From contig CAYXOO010000001.1 of assembly GCA_964466845.1 (NCBI GenBank), forward strand, positions 9,540 through 52,576: 43,037 bases of DNA, in the 5' to 3' direction. The notes beneath the pieces are model-generated. The model was not told the origin of the DNA. It worked only from the letters and a program-made list of their open reading frames with translations, and did not search any database. Origin of the DNA: an uncultured Desulfurococcaceae archaeon. Its GTDB lineage: Archaea > Thermoproteota > Thermoprotei_A > Sulfolobales > Desulfurococcaceae. A program made the position numbers and the translations under genes. Below are positions 19,370 to 26,797 of the stretch, in pieces (the stretch's first letter is position 1; the number at the start of each line of letters is the position of its first letter).

Positions 19370-20103
19370 ATGAGTCTAGTGGGTTTGTTAGAGCTGTTCT
19401 TTGTTTCCCAGATAGTATGTGTAGTGATAAAGTGTTTGTTGAGAGAGCCTCTATACTGGAGGGTCTTGGTGTAGAGTGTCTCGTAGACTATGGTGTTAAA
19501 CGGGTTGGTAGGTATAGTGTAGTTGGTAAGGGATGGGCTTCTATAGTTGTACTATGTATACAAGATGGCTCCTTAAGAGTATTGAAGATACGTAGACTTG
19601 ATTCACGTAGGGATAGCCTAGAGTATGAGGGTATGCTTCTAGAATATCTAGCACCATATAGGCTAGTACCTAGAGTCTACCATTGGAGTAGAGACTTTAT
19701 AATAATGGATTATGCATCAAGTGGTTGTTTAAGAGACTATATCAATATGCTCTTAGAAACTGGGGACACTAGGTGTTTAAGGAATCTTATAGCAAGTATA
19801 CTGGTTAAAGCCTATATCCTAGATAAACTAGGTATAGATCATGGAGAGCTTAATAGACCTGAAACCCATATCGTTATAGATAATGGTGATCCATTGTTCA
19901 TTGATTTTGAATCAGCTAGGTATGGTAGGAGGGTGCATAATGTTACATCTCTATCTTCATACTTCTTCATAAGGTCACGGTTTAAAGAAAAACTATTGGG
20001 TAGAGAAGTGTCTAGAGGAGAGATAGTGTCTAGGCTTCAGCTGTATAAGAAGACTCTGTCGTTGGAGAGCTTGAGATTACTCCTTGAACTACTCTATAAC
20101 TAG
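19312..20103 (+). CDS. Small predicted protein kinase (COG2112/RIO-Bud32-like fold)
   Basis: VLKIRR (VAIK-like Lys), IDHGELNRPETHIVI (catalytic-loop-like) and LFIDFESA (DFG-like). The start is ambiguous: 19312 overlaps cca by 58 nt, and ATG 19417 is the alternative. Confidence 0.6.
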   Translation: MVCRFRVKEACLDEKLYSIDESSGFVRAVLCFPDSMCSDKVFVERASILEGLGVECLVDYGVKRVGRYSVVGKGWASIVVLCIQDGSLRVLKIRRLDSRRDSLEYEGMLLEYLAPYRLVPRVYHWSRDFIIMDYASSGCLRDYINMLLETGDTRCLRNLIASILVKAYILDKLGIDHGELNRPETHIVIDNGDPLFIDFESARYGRRVHNVTSLSSYFFIRSRFKEKLLGREVSRGEIVSRLQLYKKTLSLESLRLLLELLYN

Positions 20104-20305
20104 CCTCTCTACTAGCTTTACCAGCTATTCTAACAACAATGTCTCCTCTAGAGGGCTTATGCAGTTCTCTCTTACACCTAGGACATATGCCTCCATAGAC
20201 ATTCATAACTTCTGTTGGAGTCGGTAAGCCGTAACAGTCTTGGCCAACATGTTTAAATTCCCAGAGCAATTCACCACAATGTCTACATACATAGCGTACA
20301 GGCAT
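20030..20305 (-). CDS. Small zinc-ribbon protein (CxxC...CxxC), function unknown
   Basis: CRHCG...CPRCK pairs in the first 50 aa. The C-terminal low-complexity tail overlaps the convergent kinase gene by 74 nt. Confidence 0.5.
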   Translation of the reverse strand: MPVRYVCRHCGELLWEFKHVGQDCYGLPTPTEVMNVYGGICPRCKRELHKPSRGDIVVRIAGKASREASYRVVQGVISSSPTTESSYTAEA

Positions 20306-20341
20306 AGAAGGACACCACCCTAGCTAGAAACACTACCTTAG

Positions 20342-20487
20342 GTAATACCTATATGGAAAACTAGTTAAACCATAGCACACGTAATACGTTTAAACAACCA
20401 ACACAAGGCGTTATACAGAAATAATACGTTCAAAGACAAAACGTACTACCAGTGTATTACCATTGGTAATACAGTAACACGTACTAC
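20342..20487. repeat. Array of six GTAnTAC palindromic heptamers plus one near-copy, including three longer palindromes
   Basis: Heptamer starts: GTAATAC at 20342, 20381 and 20466; GTACTAC at 20443 and 20481; GTATTAC at 20454; ATAATAC at 20421. Longer palindromes: AGGTA-A-TACCT (20340-20350), ACGTA-A-TACGT (20379-20389) and GTATTACC-ATT-GGTAATAC (20454-20472). The 9-mers TAATACGTT and ACGTACTAC each occur twice. Confidence 0.6.
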
Positions 20488-20534
20488 AATAGAAAAACAT
20501 ATATACCCATAGAAGTAGCCCAGGGAACCAAAAA

Positions 20535-20634
20535 TGGGGCCGCGGGGATTTGAACCCCGGGCCACGGGCGTTCCGGGTTTTCTACGGGGATTTCTCCCCA
20601 GGCCCGCATCCTAACCAAGCTAGACGACGGCCCC
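20535..20634 (-). tRNA. tRNA-Pro (anticodon GGG) with a 25-nt intron; CCA not encoded
   Basis: Manual cloverleaf. Acceptor GGGGCCG/CGGCCCC with discriminator A; D stem GTCT/GGAT; anticodon stem CGGGC/GCCCG; loop CU-GGG-G..; T arm CGGGG-TTCAAAT-CCCCG. The gene is GC-rich in an AT-rich context and is followed by TTTT. Confidence 0.9.
20571..20595 (-). other. tRNA-Pro intron at the canonical 37/38 position (bulge-helix-bulge)
   Basis: The central 4-bp helix CUGG/CCGG is flanked by 3-nt bulges (GG|A and AA|C). The outer helix is weak, giving a relaxed BHB. Exact splice points are inferred. Confidence 0.65.
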
Positions 20635-20666
20635 TTCTTCTGTTTTCTTTAGGTGTTTTGTCCTAG

Positions 20667-20674
20667 TTTATATT
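20667..20674 (-). promoter_or_regulatory. Candidate TATA box for tRNA-Pro
   Basis: The minus strand reads AATATAAA, centred about 36 nt upstream of the mature tRNA 5' end. Confidence 0.35.
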
Positions 20675-20676
20675 CT

Positions 20677-20928
20677 CTACTCTGTAGTCTTTTTCTGGAT
20701 CCATTTTACACGGTATTTCCATAGGCTTGGTGGTGTCCATATTATCCATGCTGGTACTTTCTTTATGAACTCGTATGCTTGATCCCATGATTCTAGGCCT
20801 AGTTTTTCAGCTAGTTCTTCTAGGCTCATTGGTCTGTGTAGGTATTCTCTTATAATCTTTAGTGTGTCCTCGTTTATCTCGATTTCTTTCTCTCCAACAC
20901 GTACCATGTATTTCACTTCTTCAGCCAT
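20677..20928 (-). CDS. Hypothetical 83-aa protein
   Basis: Clean ORF with an ATG start and a helical, possibly HTH-like middle (MSLEELAEKLGLESWDQAYEFIKK) plus a Trp-rich tail. I do not recognise a family. Confidence 0.45.
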   Translation of the reverse strand: MAEEVKYMVRVGEKEIEINEDTLKIIREYLHRPMSLEELAEKLGLESWDQAYEFIKKVPAWIIWTPPSLWKYRVKWIQKKTTE

Positions 20929-21063
20929 GGCTTATACACCCTATTCTCTACACGGTAGAGTTTATGAGGGTTAGAGTACTTATTAAGTTTTATGAGCCGA
21001 TGAAGAAGCGTTCCAGCACTGACTAGTGTTGGGTGGAGAAGTATCTTACGCCCCACTGAGGTT

Positions 21064-24000
21064 CTAGGGTTTAGCTATGTAGCCATATTCTGGCTCGTAG
21101 AGTTCTCCACTACGTTTAAGCTTTCTTATAGTATCTAGTATGAACTGTTTTGTCAACCCCTTCTCCTTACCAGCTTTAATGATATCCTTTATAGCTACTT
21201 TTCCTTCTTCACTAGCCTCTAGTAGTTCATCTATTATCTCCATGAGTATACGTAGTTTCTCCTGCTGACTACGAGGCCGGCCAACCATTAGTGTGTCTAT
21301 GTCTATACGTCCAGTCTCTACATCCATACCAACTGTCTTCAACATTACACTCATAAGCCTGATAGCTTCCTCTGCATCCTCTTCTGTAACAACTGGTTTT
21401 AGAGCCATACGAGCATGTGCTTCAGCTAACCTGACTAGTGCTTCAAGTTGTCTAGCAGTTATTGGTATTGGAGCTTGTGGTCCACTACTACGTCTTAGTT
21501 GTACATAGAATTCCTCTAGAAGCCTTAGTGCTTGCTCACTAATCCTTGGGAATACGTATCTACGTGCATAGCTTATATACTTCCTAAGCATATCTGGTGG
21601 TATAGCTGGTCTAACACGATCACTCTCCTTGTGTACACGTAGTATATGTCTAGCCATAGCCCTATCAAGTCTCTCATCAGGTATATCCTTCATAATGAAT
21701 ATTAGGTCGAATCTAGAGAGGATAGTTGGTGGTAGATCAATGTTGTCTGCAATACCTCTATCGGGATAGTACCTACCATACTTTGGGTTACCAGCAGCAA
21801 TTATTGCTGCACGAGCATTTAGTCTGGCAACAATACCTGCTTTAGCAATACTTATAGTGTTATGGAGTATGAGGTTATGGGATATAAACAAGTGGTGCGG
21901 CTCAACAGTTACATCATAAACCCACTTGCTATCCCTATTAGGTATCTTCTCAACACCAGTGATCTCTACAACACATGGTTCTACACGGCCAACTACTAGT
22001 GATTCAATACAAGGTGCTTTTAGCCCAGGCTCAACATTCTCTGCAGGAACAGTTGTTATAGATTTAGACACTAGATCACTATATACTACAACAGGGTGTT
22101 CAGGAGTAACAGTGATCTCTACTCCATTACTATACCTTATCCTTACAAAGTATTCTGGAGCTCTGTGCCTACTAACTCTATCTGCTTCAACAACCTCTAT
22201 AGTCTTAGCTATAGGGTTGTAGCCATAGAGTCTAAGTCCCTTGACAAACAATATCTCAGTATCCTTACCATATACAATCCTATCACTATACTCCTCCATA
22301 AGCCTATCAACAAGTTCTCCAATCCTAACAACCCTACCATCAGCAAGCAATAGCTTGAAATCCTTATGATAACTCTGTTGCTCCATAGCCTCATGTATAG
22401 CTACACGATCCTCTTTACGCATCTTATCAATCTCATCAATACAGTTATGTACAATCACTCCATTAGCTAAGAAGTTATGTTGTCTAGGAATGTATAGATC
22501 GTATACAGGACCCTCGTAGTCAATATACTCTATACTAGCTATCCTATCTAAATAGTAGTCTCTACTCAATAATGCTTCTATTCTATCCCTAAGTGCTAGA
22601 ATGTGTTTACCAGTGCAACAACTCTCTAGTACCCTCCTAAGTTCATCCTTACACACTATACAAGACCCAGTCCTTAATCCTATATACTCTATTATCTCTC
22701 TACATAGCTTCTCTGGAACACTATCCTCTATTATAGAGTATTGCCCCCTTGGTACTCTATACTCTATAGTCTTTACACAATAGAGTCTAGCTATCTCTAT
22801 AAACCTTGATACATTATAGTCTCCTAGAATCCTTACTATACAGTCTCCTCTGGAACACTTTACTCTAGAGTATATATCAAACCTTCTTAGTACAAGAGCT
22901 ACTGCTCTAGCTTCTTCAAGACCCCGTAGATGTATGTCTATATGGTCTACACTATAGTCTATCCTAGTAGAGTCTACTAGTCCAGCTATAAAGGCCTCTA
23001 ATACACTATCTGGTAGTAACTGTATATTCCTTAGACTATCATATAGGAAGTAGTTTACTATGTATGCAAGTGGTATGGAATTAACTACTATGACAAACCC
23101 TTCTCTACCACCATTATAGTCTCTCCTATAGACTCGTGGTATACTACCAGTTATACTATATAATGTATCAACCATGTGATCAACTATTCTCCTATCACTA
23201 CCACTATACACTATAGAGATAAAACCATTTGCTTCATCAACAATACTGTGTCTAGAGCCAAGTATAAAGCCTATTACATAGCCTATTTCTGGAGACACTC
23301 TATTGTGTTGTAGGGATACTATCTTGTTTCTAAATAAGAAGTCTATACACCTATTCCTCCAGACATGATATCTGTTGCACTTCCTAAGTATACTCCTTAA
23401 CAATCCAGTCTCTATATAGACTCTATCATTATCCATATAGAGTATGCTGTGTTCACTAATCCTTTCTATAAACTTCTTAACACAACCATATACTTCACCT
23501 ATAATCTCTAGAAACTCATCTCTATCCCTACCCTCTAGAACAGCTATCCAATCACTAGGTACTATATCAAGTATGCAGACATTGTTGTTGTGGCCAGGTA
23601 TCTTCTGTATAGACAATACCTTGTCTCCAACTCTAAACGTACATGCTTGCCTCCATTCAAGACTATCTCCATCAAGTAGTAGGTGATCGGGTGTTACTAG
23701 TAGTTCAAAACCACTCTCAAACACTATCCTTACTAGTTTTCCTCTCCAATACTTCCTCCTAACAATGACTGCACGTGAGTATCTAGAGACAAGCCTTTCT
23801 GTATCAATAGATACCACATAACCCTCTATAGGTGAAAGCTCTATCTCTTCACCTCTAGAATAAGCTTTAACACAAGCTTTCTCACTAAACAAGTCACTAA
23901 TCCTAGTATAGACATTGTTAAACAAGACTCTAGTATCTGGGTGTAGACAAGCAATACCACCATCAGCTATTACTAATGCACCAGCCTCTAGATAGTACTC

Positions 24001-26763
24001 ACCAGTCTGTTTATCCCTTAAAACAGCTGCAGTATTATGGACAACCAGTGTATTTGCTATAAAGTTATGATATTGTGGAACAGTCAAGTCGTATACAACG
24101 TAATCACCATGCTCAATAGCAATGCTTTTAACTCTATCCCAGTATACTGGTGAATCTACTAGCATTTCTACAAAACTCTTCTCACTAGGTTCACTAATCC
24201 TATCAATATGCTTCTTAAGCCACTCTCTAGATACAGTCCTATTCTTTAATACGTTACGTATTTCTCTATACCTGTAATACTTAGATAAGATATTATTGAC
24301 TAGAGATGATGGTATATTATCTTTTAACCTATCCCTTGATAATGAAGCTGTTTTGTTAATGTATTCCCTATTCTTCTTTACTGGTGAACTTATTATTGTA
24401 CTGTATCTAACAAGACTGTCTCGATCGGTGATCTGTAGTACATACTTTACATACTTACCTCTAACCTCTCTACCATGCAGTGTAGTCTTACTTGGTTTCT
24501 TCCTCCTTATTCTACTAAATATTCCAAAACGTAGTAGAAGGTAGTGGAGTTTATACACTAGATCCCTACTAGTAGTTATAAACTCTATATGTGTCCTATA
24601 GGTCTTAGTCCTACGATCCACTCTAATTACATAGGAACCATCAGAATCCATTAAACCAGCAATAAATGAGGCAATAAATTTGTCATCAAGAGCTGTAATT
24701 AGTGGATTCAATACAATGTCTTTCTTAGGTTTCCTATAGCCTATGTTGTAGAGCAGTTTTACTAATACAATAGAGTGGAGTATTACATCGTAGCATTTTG
24801 TTCTAGGATCAATACGTATGTTTGGTTTTCTACCAAATAATCTATAGATGAGATCAGCTATGTACTTTACTTGTTCTCCATCTCTACTAGTTATTCGTAT
24901 ATATCCTCTCTTACCATCCCGATGTATATAGGCTGTTCCATCACCTAATAGATAGCCTAGAAGATAGCCTAGTTCAGGGTTTAAGCTCGGTATTCTATAC
25001 TTGTATCCATTACGTTGTTCAACGTATTGTATATGTATACTCTTTAGCTTGAAGCCTATAGCTTTAAGTATTTTCTTCAAAATTCTATAGAAGTGTGCAT
25101 GTTTTCTAAAGCCGTATAATAAGGCTTCACTAATACCTAGTTTTTTAGCAGCTTCTCCGAGAGAACCATATCTCCTCCTTAGCTCATCCAGTATATGCTT
25201 CTCTACATCCTCTTTTAACTTAATCTTTACCCCGTCTGGTAACTCTATAAGGTCTAGTGTATCTAGTTCTATCTCCTTAGCATGCTTGGGTATGTTTTTT
25301 ATCCTAGCAATATAGTCTCCTACTTTTAGCTCTGATGCTTTAACCCATGTTATCTCTCCATCACGTATTGTTAGGACAGGGTTTTCTGGAGTTAGTCCTA
25401 TCTCGACTCCAGATGCTGTCTCTATCTTGACAATAGAGTTTGTTTTTAGCTTCCAAGCCTTTACTGTATCTAGATAATCTAGTTTTAGATTATCTATATT
25501 GAGAGCTAGGATCTTGGTTCTGTAGTCAACGTGTTTGTTTAGCTCTTGTATCTCCTTGTCTAGTAGTTCTCCAATAGTTGTTATAACACCGTTTTCTAGG
25601 GTGATGTACGTATCTGGTAGTACACAAAGACCTGCTGCCGTGCTTCCTTTACCACTAGTGTATATACCTCTTGGAGCTAGTCTTGATGCATATTGTAGTA
25701 GCATAGACTTACCAATACCCGGGTCACCAACCATTAGTACGTGTATGTCTCCACGTAGCCTTGTGCCATCCTCTAGTATCTTTGGTACACCACCAAACAA
25801 TGCTAGTGCTATAGCTTCTTTTACATCCCAGTGTCCATAGATCGATGGAGCTATACTCATTACTATCTTCTCACGAATCCATGGATCCCGTGCAAGCTCT
25901 CTAATCTTCTCTTCATCCTCACGTGTAATCTCTATCTCTTCAAGAACCTTCTGTTGTACATCAACATAGTTAGCGTCAATGTATAGACTGAATACAGCCT
26001 TACCAGAACCACGTACAACACCACTAGTAGGCATAACTCTTAGTATACCAGTAATAGTTACACGATCACCTGGTCTAGCTATATCCACTAGATCACTTGT
26101 CAATATAACCTCTATACTACGAGGCATCTGTCCAGGCGGTATCTCTTCCGGCCTCTCTTGGACAACTATTTTCTGCCAGTCTATAAACTTTGAACGGCTC
26201 ATATCAACTTGTAGTTTACCAGACTTTCCACAGATAGGGCATGCAGGTGGTTTCTCTAGTCTCTCTCCAAGCTCACCTATTTCTGGCCAATAGAAACCAT
26301 GTCTGTCTTCTGAGTCTACATGGATATAGTATGCTTTAACCATTTTTGCTTCTACACGTGTTAGTCTAGTCAGTATACCCTCTATAGCTATCAGTCTACC
26401 AATGTATTCACTACCAAGCTCTCTGATCCTTACTAGCCTTGGTAGTCCACGGAATCTTGGATAGAACCTCTCTACAACCTCAGCATACTCTGGATTCTCC
26501 TTATACACTAGCTCCTTAATTGCTTGACTACAAGCCTCTATAGCTATGTCTGGATGGTACTCTACTATTCTAGCAAGCTCCATATCGTGTATAAGGAGAT
26601 CATTGAAGTCTATTACAAGGCTCCTCTGATTCATAAGTGCTAGTGTAGATATCCTCTCACGATACTTGTATTTATCGGTCTTTCTATCTCTATAGTTTAC
26701 TAGGAAATCCTTAAACCTCTCCCTAAGATCACTTATACTTATTGGTTCACTAGTATACTCCAT
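21064..26763 (-). CDS. mcm: MCM replicative helicase precursor carrying three inteins (extein sum 694 aa)
   Basis: The extein reads through GDPGIGKS (Walker A), GKGSTAAGL|TAAVLRD, ALVIADGGIA|CIDEIDKM (Walker B), AMEQQ|TISIAKAGI, arginine-finger SRFDLIF, and a C-terminal wH domain. Confidence 0.97.
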   Translation of the reverse strand: MEYTSEPISISDLRERFKDFLVNYRDRKTDKYKYRERISTLALMNQRSLVIDFNDLLIHDMELARIVEYHPDIAIEACSQAIKELVYKENPEYAEVVERFYPRFRGLPRLVRIRELGSEYIGRLIAIEGILTRLTRVEAKMVKAYYIHVDSEDRHGFYWPEIGELGERLEKPPACPICGKSGKLQVDMSRSKFIDWQKIVVQERPEEIPPGQMPRSIEVILTSDLVDIARPGDRVTITGILRVMPTSGVVRGSGKAVFSLYIDANYVDVQQKVLEEIEITREDEEKIRELARDPWIREKIVMSIAPSIYGHWDVKEAIALALFGGVPKILEDGTRLRGDIHVLMVGDPGIGKSMLLQYASRLAPRGIYTSGKGSTAAGLCVLPDTYITLENGVITTIGELLDKEIQELNKHVDYRTKILALNIDNLKLDYLDTVKAWKLKTNSIVKIETASGVEIGLTPENPVLTIRDGEITWVKASELKVGDYIARIKNIPKHAKEIELDTLDLIELPDGVKIKLKEDVEKHILDELRRRYGSLGEAAKKLGISEALLYGFRKHAHFYRILKKILKAIGFKLKSIHIQYVEQRNGYKYRIPSLNPELGYLLGYLLGDGTAYIHRDGKRGYIRITSRDGEQVKYIADLIYRLFGRKPNIRIDPRTKCYDVILHSIVLVKLLYNIGYRKPKKDIVLNPLITALDDKFIASFIAGLMDSDGSYVIRVDRRTKTYRTHIEFITTSRDLVYKLHYLLLRFGIFSRIRRKKPSKTTLHGREVRGKYVKYVLQITDRDSLVRYSTIISSPVKKNREYINKTASLSRDRLKDNIPSSLVNNILSKYYRYREIRNVLKNRTVSREWLKKHIDRISEPSEKSFVEMLVDSPVYWDRVKSIAIEHGDYVVYDLTVPQYHNFIANTLVVHNTAAVLRDKQTGEYYLEAGALVIADGGIACLHPDTRVLFNNVYTRISDLFSEKACVKAYSRGEEIELSPIEGYVVSIDTERLVSRYSRAVIVRRKYWRGKLVRIVFESGFELLVTPDHLLLDGDSLEWRQACTFRVGDKVLSIQKIPGHNNNVCILDIVPSDWIAVLEGRDRDEFLEIIGEVYGCVKKFIERISEHSILYMDNDRVYIETGLLRSILRKCNRYHVWRNRCIDFLFRNKIVSLQHNRVSPEIGYVIGFILGSRHSIVDEANGFISIVYSGSDRRIVDHMVDTLYSITGSIPRVYRRDYNGGREGFVIVVNSIPLAYIVNYFLYDSLRNIQLLPDSVLEAFIAGLVDSTRIDYSVDHIDIHLRGLEEARAVALVLRRFDIYSRVKCSRGDCIVRILGDYNVSRFIEIARLYCVKTIEYRVPRGQYSIIEDSVPEKLCREIIEYIGLRTGSCIVCKDELRRVLESCCTGKHILALRDRIEALLSRDYYLDRIASIEYIDYEGPVYDLYIPRQHNFLANGVIVHNCIDEIDKMRKEDRVAIHEAMEQQSYHKDFKLLLADGRVVRIGELVDRLMEEYSDRIVYGKDTEILFVKGLRLYGYNPIAKTIEVVEADRVSRHRAPEYFVRIRYSNGVEITVTPEHPVVVYSDLVSKSITTVPAENVEPGLKAPCIESLVVGRVEPCVVEITGVEKIPNRDSKWVYDVTVEPHHLFISHNLILHNTISIAKAGIVARLNARAAIIAAGNPKYGRYYPDRGIADNIDLPPTILSRFDLIFIMKDIPDERLDRAMARHILRVHKESDRVRPAIPPDMLRKYISYARRYVFPRISEQALRLLEEFYVQLRRSSGPQAPIPITARQLEALVRLAEAHARMALKPVVTEEDAEEAIRLMSVMLKTVGMDVETGRIDIDTLMVGRPRSQQEKLRILMEIIDELLEASEEGKVAIKDIIKAGKEKGLTKQFILDTIRKLKRSGELYEPEYGYIAKP
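21859..22374 (-). mobile_element. MCM intein 3 (172 aa, residues 1464-1635), Ser-initiated mini-intein without an endonuclease domain
   Basis: Starts SYHKDFKLLLADGRVV, block B is TVTPEHPV, and it ends HNLILHN|T. It is inserted in AMEQQ|TISIAKAG. Confidence 0.85.
22444..23949 (-). mobile_element. MCM intein 2 (502 aa, residues 939-1440), large intein with degenerate endonuclease motifs
   Basis: Starts CLHPDTRVLF, block B is TPDH, and it ends NGVIVHN|C immediately before the Walker B CIDEIDKM. The LAGLIDADG-like motifs IGYVIGFILGSRHS and FIAGLVDSTRIDY lack the acidic/Gly residues. Confidence 0.9.
24034..25626 (-). mobile_element. MCM intein 1 (531 aa, residues 380-910), large intein with an intact LAGLIDADG homing endonuclease
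   Basis: Starts CVLPDTYITLENG and ends NTLVVHN|T. LAGLIDADG motifs are LGYLLGYLLGDGTAY and FIAGLMDSDGSY. It is inserted between GKGSTAAGL and TAAV. Confidence 0.9.
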
Positions 26764-26797
26764 AGCCTACCCCATACCCTCTAAGAAATAAATGGTT

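Noticed and set aside
20535-20928. Possible integrated element at the tRNA-Pro gene, suggested by the small orphan ORF next to the tRNA and the odd repeat-rich flank.
   Set aside because: I noticed no integrase or other mobile-element genes. I also saw no second copy of the tRNA 3' half (the att duplication) anywhere in the window, and the flanking genes are core housekeeping.
20994-21064. C/D-box sRNA-like arrangement on the + strand between the 83-aa ORF and the mcm stop. It reads GAGCC-CGAUGA-N15-CUGA-...-UGGAGA-N16-CUGA-GGUUC, with a possible 5-bp terminal stem.
   Set aside because: The C box is non-canonical (CGAUGA) and the C' box is very degenerate. The guide spacers are about 15-16 nt instead of the about 12 nt typical of archaeal C/D sRNAs. 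This would need a covariance or snoscan-type search and RNA-seq before being called.
21293-26293. Multiple 60-104-aa ORFs on the + strand inside mcm and its inteins, plus one minus-strand out-of-frame ORF at 22209-22394.
   Set aside because: All lie within the continuous 1899-aa MCM/intein reading frame. None shows a motif, and the homing endonucleases are encoded in-frame within the inteins rather than as free-standing genes.
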